Below are positions 43,623-52,981 of a stretch of DNA of 64,000 nucleotides, piece by piece. Position 1 is the stretch's first letter; the number at the start of each line of letters is the position of its first letter. Position numbers and translations under genes: made by a program. The notes beneath the pieces were generated by a model. That model did no database searches and was not told the origin of the DNA. It was given only the letters and a program-made list of their open reading frames with translations. Source of the DNA: a virus; the IMG/VR virus record IMGVR_UViG_3300045988_091674. One strand, 5' to 3'.

Positions 43623-43699
43623 TGGTGCCCGGTGACGGGTTCGAACCGCCGACCCCATCCTTGTAAGGGATATGCTCTACCAAGCTGAGCTAACCGGGC
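43623..43699 (-). tRNA. tRNA-Val (TAC)
   Basis: Loop CUUACAA, canonical D-arm. Confidence 0.75.
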
Positions 43700-43889
43700 A
43701 TTTAATTTAGAAAGATGTTTCTAAATTCATCCTCGAGCATGAAAAAAACTTCGCTTGCACAGCCACCTTTGCCTACTTGAACATAAGCAATCATTGCATC
43801 ACCAGAGTTAGCATCAAAACCGCGACAAACGGTCTTAACTAAACCATAAGGATTAGCCCGATAAAACTGACCCATGCCAACAAAATTCT

Positions 43890-43960
43890 TCATTTGAAAC
43901 ATCCTTTCCTTAACTTTCTATATATATTATATCATTTATTTTTTAATTTTTCAAAAGTTT
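43890..43960 (-). promoter_or_regulatory. sigma70-type promoter cassette (TTGAAA, 17 nt spacer, TGaTATAAT) with conserved 5'UTR and RBS
   Basis: Minus strand TTGAAAAATTAAAAAATAAATGATATAATATATATAGAAAGTTAAGGAAAGG then ATG of the 43902 gene. Confidence 0.55.
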
Positions 43961-44154
43961 TTCAATCTAGGCTCAAAAGGGCTTGTTGCATAGCTCCATA
44001 CTTCTTAACTTCCCTTTGCACATAGAAGCATTTCATAGCATAAAACTTAATAGTAATAGAACTATTTGGTTTTCCCAAGTATTACATATACATTTGTTTG
44101 CTGTATTGAGCCTTTATAGGAAAGGAGTGATACATATTCTCGCTCTAAGCGAGA

Positions 44155-44231
44155 TGGTCTGAGTGGTGGGACTCGAACCCACAAGCCTCGTGAACCCAAA
44201 TCACGCCGTCTACCAGTTGACTTACACCCAG
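44155..44231 (-). tRNA. tRNA-Pro (TGG)
   Basis: Loop UUUGGGU, C1-G72. Confidence 0.65.
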
Positions 44232-44499
44232 ATATTCGGGGTTTCTCGCACTTCCGCAGATTTCCATGCCTGGTCCTTACCGTTTCCTCTAATGCTATAT
44301 GAGGCACCGACCCTGAACCCTTCTGCTCTATGCCGGTTGTGTACTGATACCGGAAAACATCTTGGGGACTTTATTTTTACCTTCGTTGCTCCAATCCTCG
44401 AAGGGTATCTCGGAATATAGCTTTCCTATTATTGGCTCGGATTTAAGGCCCTACGATTTATTCTTACTGCCTTTCGGACTTGTATGCAAGATACCAATG

Positions 44500-44587
44500 T
44501 GGCGCAGAGGGTAGGATTTGAACCCACGGGCCTTTCGACCGCCTGCTTTCTAGGCAGGTGCCATAAACCAGACTCGGCCACCTCTGC
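44500..44587 (-). tRNA. type II tRNA with anticodon AGA (Ser-like)
   Basis: Perfect anticodon stem cctgc/gcagg with loop CUAGAAA, long variable arm. A34 is unusual for a bacterial-type Ser tRNA. Confidence 0.5.
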
Positions 44588-44590
44588 ATA

Positions 44591-44667
44591 TGGTACGCCA
44601 GAGAAGATTCGAACTCCCACTAGCCAAGGTCCGTAGCCTTGTGCACTTTCCATTATGCTACTGGCGC
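44591..44667 (-). tRNA. tRNA-Arg (ACG)
   Basis: Loop CUACGGA. Confidence 0.7.
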
Positions 44668-44746
44668 AAATAACTAGGCTCTATGTAAAGTCTGATTAAC
44701 TGTCAGATGCCCCATCAAGGCGATAATTGCTGAATGAGCCTATAAT

Positions 44747-45202
44747 TTAGTTACGAGTGCGTAACCAATAATTCTTCATCTTATAATCTGTATTCTCAGT
44801 TACTTCGACTGCATCATCAATAGGAAGTTGGAAGCAGCGGGCCTGCTCCTCCGATTCGAATTCGACCTCTGCGTAGATAAAAGCTCCATCATCTACTACA
44901 GAAACCGCGAGTGGATATCCGCCGCAATTAAAGATAGAATAATCTTTCTTAATCGGAGGTTTATTCACGAACTCTTTGACTTGATTATAGAAGTTTTCAG
45001 AAATCTTTGTTTCAATCTCTTCTCTTGCTAGAGTTCCTTCGCCCTTAATTGTAATCCTAAAAGGTTCGTTGCTTGCGGGATTGTGCCTCAAGCGCACTTC
45101 AGGACTTGTTGAAACGTAGAATTGCTCTACCTGAGAATTTCTAACTAATCGAAACTCTGTTGGAACTCTTTGAAGAATCCACTTTCTTTCAATCTCCATC
45201 AT
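44747..45202 (-). CDS. CYTH-domain protein (triphosphate tunnel metalloenzyme)
   Basis: 151 aa. N-terminal MEIERKW matches the CYTH ExExK motif. Confidence 0.55.
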   Translation of the reverse strand: MMEIERKWILQRVPTEFRLVRNSQVEQFYVSTSPEVRLRHNPASNEPFRITIKGEGTLAREEIETKISENFYNQVKEFVNKPPIKKDYSIFNCGGYPLAVSVVDDGAFIYAEVEFESEEQARCFQLPIDDAVEVTENTDYKMKNYWLRTRN

Positions 45203-45337
45203 AAACTTCCTTTCCTCTTGTTATGTAAATTATTCTATCTTGAAAAATTCTTCTTCAAATTTAAGTTTTTGCTATTTTATTTCTTCAGAATATCTTCCAT
45301 TTCTAGGAGTTAAGCGTATATAGTCTTTAATTATTAA

Positions 45338-45631
45338 CTAAGCTCTAGCTTTTTTCTTTGGTTCATTAAGATAACTGACAATCTCTTCTAATAAAGAAAT
45401 AGCCTTTCTCCGCTCTATCTTCCAAATATAAGCCTGTTTCCATTTTGGATTACGCTCATTTTTCTTGGAAATAACTCCTCCAAAATGCTCTTTAAGATAT
45501 TCTACAATTTGATATGTTGTACTAGACACTTCTAATACTGGATACCTAAACTATTTATCCTTGGTGAGAGTAATACTTCCTTCACCATCAATAATGCCAG
45601 CCAAATATCCTCTTTCTAATTCTGTCATATT
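45338..45631 (-). CDS. LAGLIDADG homing endonuclease (single-motif type), one in-frame TAG
   Basis: RBS GGAGG then ATG at 45631. LAGIIDGEGS motif. TAG at 45551-53 joins the sequence to ORF 45338..45529. Confidence 0.55.
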
Positions 45632-46147
45632 AATTCCTCCACATATGTTATATATGGAGCCGAATTGGGTTTCGATTATCCACCACTTTCTTTTTAAGAG
45701 AAGAAAGAAACTCTTGGTGGAGATGACGGAGAGTCGCACTCCGTGTCCGAAATAACTACATAACTAGAATATTATTACACGATAGTTTCACTTTAAACTT
45801 TTATAAATGGAGTTTTAGCTGAAACTACTAATAACCATAGAGCAGTACCAGTTGTACTCTGCCTCCACCACTCTATTTAATTAAAGGCAAATAGAGAAAT
45901 CCAAGGGATTAAAACAGCGAGCTATGCTCAAGCTGCGATATTACTAGAAAAATAATCGTTGTCGTTTAATTTTGTTGCCCCTTAAGGCGGTATGCCTACC
46001 CGTGTATTCTAGTTTCTCATTACCCCGTCGAACCTACGCATCCCCATATAGTGACCCTCTATCTATTGCAGAAAGAATCGAACTCTAGACTCTATAGCCA
46101 TAGAGGGTCTTTTGTAATGAAATTAAAATGTCTGCCGATTTCTCGGC

Positions 46148-46222
46148 TGGTGGGTTATCGAGGACTCGAACCTCGTCCCGTAGGGCTTCAACCTACTGCT
46201 CTGCCCGTTAAGCTAACAACCC
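46148..46222 (-). tRNA. tRNA-Phe (GAA)
   Basis: Loop UUGAAGC. Confidence 0.65.
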
Positions 46223-46225
46223 GTA

Positions 46226-46302
46226 TGGTACCCCGTATTGGACTCGAACCAATGACCTACCGCTTAGAAGGCGGTTGCTCTTTCCAGCTGAGCTAACGGG
46301 GC
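46226..46302 (-). tRNA. tRNA-Arg (TCT)
   Basis: Loop CUUCUAA. Confidence 0.7.
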
Positions 46303-47062
46303 TTACTAAAATCCCTTAAACTGCTTACCTTTATATGGTAACTCTTCACAAAGAATACCATGACTCATCATCCATTCCTGTAATACTTTTCTTTCAGAAC
46401 AGGGATTATTGATTGCTTCATGGACGATAAGAACAATAATAGGTTCTCCCTCGAAATTATTAGCGGATTGGATAATTCTTGTTATTCTATCGCATCTTTC
46501 AAGAAAGTCTATAAAATCAACTTTAGATAGTTGAGTTCTATATCTTTGTAAAAATAAACAATTATCTGGAGTTTCTGGACAAGCCATACCTTCGCATAAT
46601 CCAGAACAAGAATTATCTGGATGAAGCATTTCAGCTCTTAGCCCATTGATAACTCCATTTTTATCAAAGAAAGTATAACCGTTATCCATGCCCTTATGAA
46701 ACCATAAGGGGTCTCCGCAAGCAGTAGAAAGAGGTATCATATTAGGAGTAAAATTGCGGATTTGATAGAAATAAGAAGTATAAAACTTCATTCAAATCCT
46801 CCACGCTCTTGTTTCACGGAGCTGCTCTTCAATATCTTCTTGATAGTTATATACTTCCATCACTCTTTGCATACTTGAACTATTGATTTCTCCAATTTTA
46901 ACAATGGCATCCTCATAGCTAACTGCATATGTTGGATAATCCTCAAAAGAAAATCCATCGCAAGCAATAATACAATATTTATTGATACCATTGTCTCCGC
47001 GAGTTACCATATCTCTGACTTCGATATAATTAGCAGCCATGAGTAGCCTCCTCTCATAATAT

Positions 47063-47138
47063 TGGCAAGATGGGTGGGACTCGAACCCACAGTCATGGTT
47101 TTGGAGACCATTGGTTTAGCCAATTAACCGACCACCTT
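47063..47138 (-). tRNA. tRNA-Trp (CCA)
   Basis: Loop CUCCAAA. Confidence 0.7.
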
Positions 47139-47142
47139 ATAT

Positions 47143-47218
47143 TGGTGCAACCAGCAGGGATTGAACCTGCGACCCCAGCGTTATCAGCACTGTGCTCTAC
47201 CAACTGAGCTATGGTTGC
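47143..47218 (-). tRNA. tRNA-Ile (GAT)
   Basis: Loop CUGAUAA. Confidence 0.7.
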
Positions 47219-47448
47219 ATATAATATCCATGAGCACCACTCTTCGACAAGGATTGTGCCGCCACTCCATGTTCGTTTCAGGAAAGGCCTAACGAGCATA
47301 TTTCGTCTGCCAGTCGCCGAGCTTTTCTGGTTAAGAGGTACTCGAAACCATACCTTAGTCTATTCACGGTAACTAACCGGAGCTGTTACTCTCACCCAGT
47401 CCGTCTTTAATTGTCAGGTGCCGGGCGCGGACTTTCCCTAACCTTACT

Positions 47449-47525
47449 TGGACCGGCTGACGGGACTTGAACCCGCAGTCCCCTGCTTGGAAGGCAGGTG
47501 CGTTAGCCAATTACGCTACAACCGG
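47449..47525 (-). tRNA. tRNA-Gly (TCC)
   Basis: Loop CUUCCAA, U73. Confidence 0.65.
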
Positions 47526-47528
47526 ATA

Positions 47529-47604
47529 TGGTGCGTCCGGGGAGACTCGAACTCCCGATCCCCTCATTAAAAGTGAGGTGCCTTACCAACTTGGCCACGG
47601 ACGC
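47529..47604 (-). tRNA. tRNA-Lys (TTT)
   Basis: Loop CUUUUAA. Confidence 0.7.
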
Positions 47605-47879
47605 GAATTTAGCCTTTATTCAGGCCAAATATCTTCACTAAAAAGCTCTCTATATTTATCATCATCTTCGATTAATTGACGACATTTGCGAGCCTCAATC
47701 TTTGCATCATATCTATCAAGAAATCTTCCATCATCTGTGAAAAAACCCTGAACCAACTCTTCTTTGCCCCACTCATAACCCATCTGGTAAGCCTCTTCTA
47801 AGCAATCTGCATGGCGCTTCCCGCAAATCACGACAGGATATTTACCAAAGTGAGGAGTAAACTTGATTGCAGAAGCAAT

Positions 47880-47950
47880 AATCATAACTCAAAACTTCCT
47901 TTCCTTAACTTTCTATATATATTATATAATAAAAATTAAGAATTTTCAAG
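47880..47950 (-). promoter_or_regulatory. sigma70-type promoter cassette copy
   Basis: TTGAAA, 17 nt spacer, TATAAT, then TATATAGAAAGTTAAGGAAAGGAAG, upstream of the ATG at 47885. Confidence 0.5.
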
Positions 47951-48164
47951 AAGATTTTTATGCTTAGACTTTCTACTAAAAGAGCCTTTTCCTTTCTTTG
48001 CTCTTGTTATAGAGCCTCTTCGTTTGAAATATAAATACTCCTGTAATTCAGCAGGAGATTTCTTTTGTGCTTGTTTAATTATTTTTAAATTCATTATACT
48101 AGACCCCTTTTCATCTTCTTATGTACCCAAAAACATATGATTGAAAATTTGCTGAATAGGTCTA

Positions 48165-48241
48165 TGGGTTGTAAGACGAGATTCGAACTCGCACTAACCT
48201 CGGCCACAACGAGGGACTCTACCAGTTAAGCTACTCACAAC
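48165..48241 (-). tRNA. tRNA-His (GTG) with genomically encoded G-1
   Basis: Loop UUGUGGC, discriminator C73, extra G at 48241 opposite C73. Confidence 0.65.
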
Positions 48242-48433
48242 ATATTGGCAATAGATTTTAATATCAGGTATCGGCGTCCTGCCTTTGCACTCGGAATTAG
48301 CGGTACAATTCTCTGCGCCCTATCCAACCCTATCCGACTCGGTTTACCATACGGACTGCTCGATAAAGTGGCCACAATATCTTACAGGTAGGAGGAATCA
48401 CTCCATTGCCGCGTTTAAACGCCTCTGCCGAGG

Positions 48434-48509
48434 CTGGAGCTGGATAAGAGACTCGAACTCTTAACCTATCGCTTACAAGGCGATTGCTCTGCCTATTGAG
48501 CTAATCCAG
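48434..48509 (-). tRNA. tRNA-Thr (TGT)
   Basis: Loop CUUGUAA. Confidence 0.7.
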
Positions 48510-48820
48510 CATATAATGGTCGATATAAATCTCGGCCTAGATTAAAGAAGATTGACAGTATGCTCGTTTCCACACTATACACCAACCGCCAGCCTAATCG
48601 CCGGCCGTATGGGAATCGAACCCATTCCTCTGTCTTGTGGTTTTGGCCCCCTGTCCCTCTCGGCGTCCGCAGCAGTACCACCAAACTTGTCGGACTTATT
48701 AAGTTGCTTGTATTATCGCCGCAAGCGAACGGAATAGCTTAGTCGGTTTTCGCTATTAACACAAATCGCCTCGTTTATATGCGGCCGGCATATACAACAG
48801 TGTCTGTCCCGATTGGCGAT

Positions 48821-48912
48821 TGGCGAAGGGGAGAGGATTCGAACCTCCGGGTCACATTTCTATGGCCGAGGGATTAGCAATCCCTTGCATTCAACCACTC
48901 TGCCACCCCTCC
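48821..48912 (-). tRNA. tRNA-Ser (GCT), type II
   Basis: Loop UUGCUAA and a long variable arm. Confidence 0.7.
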
Positions 48913-49128
48913 AAATATGTTTCCTCTGCGTTTCATGGGCTTGGAACCAACACCTCTCGGTGGCCGCATTGAACATATAAGTTATCTTACCTATTGCTGG
49001 GGATAACTTCTGTTTCTGCGAAAATGAAATCATCAATATCCATCATTTTATTACCTCCTTAATACTTTTTATCTTGAGAATTAGCATTACCCAAAGTGCG
49101 CCACGTGGAGGCTTCTCAAATGCACTTC

Positions 49129-49200
49129 TTGCGGGAGCGAGAATCGAACTCGCGTAATTAAGTTTATGAGACTCAACTGAGAACCAACACCCTTCCCGCG
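49129..49200 (-). tRNA. tRNA-Met (CAT) #2 with C1·A72 mismatch
   Basis: Loop CUCAUAA. 1:72 is C·A, which is initiator-like, but the anticodon stem lacks three G-C pairs. CCA is not encoded. Confidence 0.5.
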
Positions 49201-49504
49201 ATATACGGCCATTAGAATTAAATTATAATGAAACCAAAATATATTTCTACTACTTAACGCCTAGACGCTCTTGAGTTGGTCTGCGTTGCCACTCCTCGCT
49301 TTTTATTCTCGCCTCATATATTCTATATTTTGGAATAACTCTAATAGCCACGGTACTCTTGCGCCCCTCCGCTGGATGTATCAGCCGGAACCGTTTCCCT
49401 TTATAAAGCAAGGGCGTGCCAATTAATAATTACATTCTTGCCGTACCATACTCTACGCACAAGAAAGACCCGTTTTCTCTGTTGAGCCGTGGAGTCCATA
49501 CGTC

Positions 49505-49581
49505 TGGTGACGCCTATGAGATTCGAACTCATATTGCCGGAGTGAGGTTCCGGCCTCCTATGCCATTTAGAGGAAGGCGCC
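49505..49581 (-). tRNA. tRNA-Glu-like (CTC), non-canonical C33
   Basis: D-arm and anticodon-arm layout resemble tRNA-Glu. Loop ACCUCAC. Confidence 0.4.
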
Positions 49582-49895
49582 ATATAACAAGCAGTTTATC
49601 GACTTGCTTAGGTCTCCACTTATTTAAGTATTGTCAATCTCAATAGTGCCACACTTTGTGAGCACCTGCACGGGAGTTCCCTTCAAATCTGCATCCTCAA
49701 GAGTTCCGTAATCACAAACATAGACATTTGTGTTACCAACCTTGCGAAGCTCATTCCCGCAATTAGGGCACTTATGTACCTTCTCAGCTTCAACCGCACA
49801 CTTAATACCAAAGGCCTGACCGAGCGCGACAAAAGAATTGAACTTCCCGTGAACATTCTTCATAATAAGATTTATCTCCTTTTCCTATTGATTTA

Positions 49896-49970
49896 TGGTA
49901 CTCGGTACGGGAGTCGAACCCGTGCTTCTGGCGTGAAAGGCCAGCGTCTTTACCGCTTGACTAACCGAGC
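49896..49970 (-). tRNA. tRNA-Glu (TTC)
   Basis: Loop CUUUCAC. Confidence 0.7.
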
Positions 49971-50180
49971 ATATTACGCACTTTTAGTATCTTACTTCTA
50001 TCATCTACTTTATTAAGATACTAACTTTTCTTCCAGTTGGTGAACAGCGGCGTCACTGAAAACCACCTATTTCTATTGAGGGCGGAAATAGATAATGCCC
50101 TATTGTTTTATGGCAATGAAATCAATAAAAACCTGTAATCATTAGATGGTATCATATGTATAATTGTTAGTAGATACCTA

Positions 50181-50256
50181 TGGTGGAACATACGAGGGTC
50201 GAACTCGTGACCTCCTGCTTGCAAGGCAGGCGCTCTCCCAACTGAGCTAATGCCCC
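50181..50256 (-). tRNA. tRNA-Ala (TGC)
   Basis: Loop CUUGCAA, G3·U70 identity pair. Confidence 0.75.
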
Positions 50257-50423
50257 ATACTATGGTTAAGATGATTGGTCGTGTCAATCAAGGAGAACTA
50301 CGCTCTAATTTATCGGCTACTACAGTCCAATGTGCCAGGCATCAACCCAAAGGGGACACCGCATTGCTGATTCACTTGCGCGCTATCGCTGCCTATATAC
50401 GACTTGCGATACTTTGTTCTTTC

Positions 50424-50460
50424 TCAACCTTGTATAAACATTATACAATATTTTTTATTG
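50424..50460 (-). promoter_or_regulatory. sigma70-type promoter (TTGAAA, 17 nt spacer, TGTATAAT) upstream of the tRNA-Ala segment
   Basis: Reverse complement ATTTGAAAAACAATAAAAAATATTGTATAATG. Confidence 0.5.
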
Positions 50461-50501
50461 TTTTTCAAATTGGCGATGACGACGGGGTTTGAACCCGTGA
50501 C

Positions 50502-50979
50502 CTTCGGCGTGCCTTAGTGATTATAGTGTGGATAGAATATCTTCAGCTTTAAAATCTTTAGCCTGCTTTTGAGTAGATAATCTTGTGGCAACAGTCCAAA
50601 ACTTAGTCTCTACTGTTCCAAAAACAGGGAACATATAAAACCTTCCATTAAACTCTGTCATAAAATAGTCTACATCTTTAGCAGAATAAGTCATTTTTTT
50701 AACTTTTCCATTTTCTCGCACTTCATATTTAGTACGAACAAGAAATCCAGTTTCCTCTACCGGCATAGCGTGTTTTACTTGAATTTTATAGAATTTGCCG
50801 TTCTTCTCTATCACTAAATCATACTTTTGATGATTTCCAATCGGAATAAGAACATTCCAACCATTCTCAATTAAATACGCCTAACATTTAAGCTCTGTAA
50901 TATCTCCAATCTGGGATGGATTTAATTTCTCCAATGCTATCAATCCTCCCTCTAAAGATATTCTCTATTAATCTCCAAG
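50502..50979 (-). mobile_element. putative self-splicing (group I-like) intron in the tRNA-Asp anticodon loop, carrying a 97-aa ORF
   Basis: Bounded by the tRNA halves. The U|...G| boundary nucleotides fit group I rules. ORF 50521..50814 lies inside. Group I core P-elements were not verified. Confidence 0.45.
50521..50814 (-). CDS. intron-encoded ORF (97 aa, unknown function)
   Basis: ORF located inside the intervening sequence of the split tRNA-Asp. No recognisable homing-endonuclease motif. Confidence 0.35.
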   Translation of the reverse strand: MIEKNGKFYKIQVKHAMPVEETGFLVRTKYEVRENGKVKKMTYSAKDVDYFMTEFNGRFYMFPVFGTVETKFWTVATRLSTQKQAKDFKAEDILSTL

Positions 50980-51119
50980 ACAGGCCGACGTTCTAGCCTA
51001 CTGAACTACGCCACCGTATAAGGCGAGGAAGGGTCGTACGCACCCCGTGTGCTTTGCGCCTCGTCGTTCACATATATCACACTTCTGACTTATTGGGCAT
51101 GGGAAATCAGTAGAAACCA

Positions 51120-51206
51120 TGGTGCGCATGATGGGACTTGAACCCATACGCTCTTACGAACACGAGCACCTCAAGCTTGCCTGTCTGCCTATTCCAGCAC
51201 ACGCGC
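51120..51206 (-). tRNA. tRNA-Leu (GAG), type II
   Basis: Anticodon stem caagc/gctcg with one A·C mismatch, loop UUGAGGU, long variable arm tgttcgtaagagcgt. Confidence 0.5.
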
Positions 51207-51364
51207 ATATTTCTATGGTATTGATCGAGTTCCAAGGCTTCCTCTTTTAATACTGACTAGCCATCATAAATGCTTGGCCATTTACGACAAGAAATCCAGT
51301 CTTCAACTACGGGCCATAGCTCCGCCGGTTTATATGGGTTTAAGACAATGTCACCGGAACCATC

Positions 51365-51441
51365 TGGTGTTCCCGGCGGGAATCGAACCCGCAACATCAT
51401 GGTTCTAAACCACGCGTGTCTGCCTATTGCACCACGAGAAC
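51365..51441 (-). tRNA. tRNA with anticodon TAG (Leu CUA) on a type-I body
   Basis: Stem cgtgg/ccatg, loop UUUAGAA, 5-nt variable loop, A73. Confidence 0.5.
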
Positions 51442-51566
51442 ATAAAAGAGCAACTATTTGTTTCAGAACTACCCGTCGCTCTATGGGCCAGCCTATTATT
51501 TTAGTTCGCAGTGGACGAATTGAGAGTTTAGGGTTAAAGTCACGACGCTACTCACAAACTTGACTC

Positions 51567-51640
51567 TGGCGGATCGCCATGGAGTTGAACCATGCTATCA
51601 AGGTTAACAGCCTTGCGTTCTACCGATGAACTAGCGATCC
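51567..51640 (-). tRNA. tRNA-Asn (GTT)
   Basis: Loop CUGUUAA. Confidence 0.7.
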
Positions 51641-51650
51641 ATATTGAGGA

Positions 51651-52172
51651 TTATGAAATCAAATCCTCAAGAGTTTTGAAATACTTCTCTTCATCAAATA
51701 AGATTGGCGTAAAATCATCTAAAGAAATTAGACCATTTTCAATTCTTCTGTGACAATTAGCACATAGCATTATACACTTTTTTGCTTCATCTGCATAAGC
51801 CTATTTACTTCTTGTAGTAGAAGAATTTGCGATACCAAAACTTTTTGTAGATGGGTCAACGTGATGAAAGTCGTATAACTGAGGTGCATCCCGCAATCCG
51901 CAGTAAGAGCATTTATGAGAAAAACCTTCCACCAATGCTAGCTTAATTCGTTTTCTAAAATTAACTACATTTTTTCCACTATTTTTCTTTAAATGCTACT
52001 TACATCCGCAGCTCTAAATAGCTCCAGAAGTTAAATGACCTGTCTAAACTTCTTTCTCGTTCCCACATTCACATCTACATAGCCAATATGTTTTACCACT
52101 TCTACTTGGAGCTTTTGAAACTGCTGTTAATGCTCCAAATTTTTGTCCAGTTAAATCCAACGCTGTCGGCAT
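51651..52172 (-). CDS. HNH homing endonuclease with N-terminal zinc-ribbon module, in-frame TAGs
   Basis: RBS AAAGGAGAG then ATG at 52172. MPTALDLTGQKFGAL...YWLCRCECGNE...SCGCK...DFHHVDP...CANCHRRIE. Ends in TAA at 51651-53. Not in the ORF track. Confidence 0.6.
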
Positions 52173-52340
52173 AACAATTCACTCTCCTTTATATAATATA
52201 TAAGAATTAGTGAATTATCTTTAGCTCACTTTACCCAAAAATTTTTCTGAGCTACCGACCCAAGCTCAAGGCAGAATAAATAAACTTTCTTAAACCAAAA
52301 TAAGCGTTTTATTTGTAAATAATTTGCTGTATCTGCCTTA

Positions 52341-52379
52341 TATAAATATTATAACATATTTTTTATTGTTTTTCAAAAA
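52341..52379 (-). promoter_or_regulatory. sigma70-type promoter copy (TTGAAA, 17 nt spacer, TGTTATAAT)
   Basis: Reverse complement of ccttatataaatattataacatattttttattgtttttcaaaaag. A roughly 160-nt leader precedes the HNH gene. Confidence 0.5.
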
Positions 52380-52650
52380 GATTCAGTTGTTTAGCTTCAT
52401 CATAGGAAATACCAAAGGTATCCTTAAAAACCTTGAGAAAGTTTTCCCACTGTTCCTCTGGCCCACCAATGCCGCCATTCATAAGCCAAAGGCTATCACA
52501 AACTACATCTTCATCGCTGTAACAGGACATGGCCTTAGCGGCAAGTTGCGCGAGGTATAATTTCTTATCCATAAACAACTTCCTCTCTCACTTTCTATAA
52601 ATATTATATCATATTTATAAAAGTTTTTCAAATAATTTCAAGGCACTAGA

Positions 52651-52724
52651 TGGCTTCCAAAATGGGATTCGAACCCATAACTTTTTATTTCAATTAAAAT
52701 GTCCAACCATTAGACTATTCGGAA
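52651..52724 (-). tRNA. tRNA with anticodon TGA (Ser UCA) on a type-I body
   Basis: Perfect stem tttta/taaaa, loop AUUGAAA, 4-nt variable loop, G73. Confidence 0.45.
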
Positions 52725-52786
52725 AATAACTTTGCTGTATGTGCCTTCTGTGATACCTCTTTCGAGGGCGTGCGGCGTTACGCCTA

Positions 52787-52881
52787 TGGTCCCGCGCCAG
52801 GGATTCGAACCCCAAACCTCACGCTAATCTGGCGCTAATACCGGGTATAAGCCGGCTGCTCTACCGTTGAGCTACCGCGGG
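52787..52881 (-). tRNA. 95-nt tRNA-like gene, anticodon TAT?, with a 23-nt extra region
   Basis: Canonical D-arm tagctcaacggtagagc, anticodon arm gccgg-CUUAUAC-ccggt. The long insert before the T-arm is not an obvious hairpin. Confidence 0.35.
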
Positions 52882-52952
52882 ATATAAAAGTGAGTATAAA
52901 GCCCTCACTTGCGGCTTATAAGTTCTGCTGCAACAGAACAACTCACATAAAT

Positions 52953-52981
52953 ATTATACAATATTTTTTATTGTTTTTCAA
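52953..52981 (-). promoter_or_regulatory. sigma70-type promoter directly upstream of tRNA 52787..52881
   Basis: TTGAAA (52976-81), exact 17-nt spacer, TGTATAAT (-10 at 52953-58). Confidence 0.55.

Larger units (their letters stand above)
50461..51015 (-). tRNA. split tRNA-Asp (GTC): exon 1 50980..51015, exon 2 50461..50501, 478-nt intervening sequence
   Basis: 5' half ggtggcg-ta-gttc...gaac-g-tcggc-cugu. 3' half cac-gccga-aggtc-acggg-ttcaaac-cccgt-cgtcatc-g-cca. Acceptor (ggtggcg/cgtcatc) and anticodon (tcggc/gccga) stems pair across the gap, and the joined loop is CUGUCAC. Exon 1 ends in U, the intervening sequence ends in G. Confidence 0.6.

Noticed and set aside
46040-46110. Large inverted repeat (gaccctctat...atagagggtc) containing a T-loop-like ttcgatt
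   Set aside because: Too short and lacks D- and anticodon arms. Reads better as a plus-strand hairpin than a tRNA. Function unknown.
48585-48700. tRNA-like segment with a good T-arm (aatgggttcgattcccat) and acceptor 3' strand
   Set aside because: Best acceptor pairing has two mismatches. No convincing D-arm or anticodon arm, and CCA is absent. Probably a degenerate tRNA pseudogene, so not called.
35112-52960. Plus-strand ORFs in the supplied track across the tRNA island, for example 42338..42547, 46051..46296, 47467..47679, 48552..48742 and 51270..51563
   Set aside because: They overlap minus-strand tRNA genes, have no RBS and are 60-130 codons of GC-rich antisense. Spurious.
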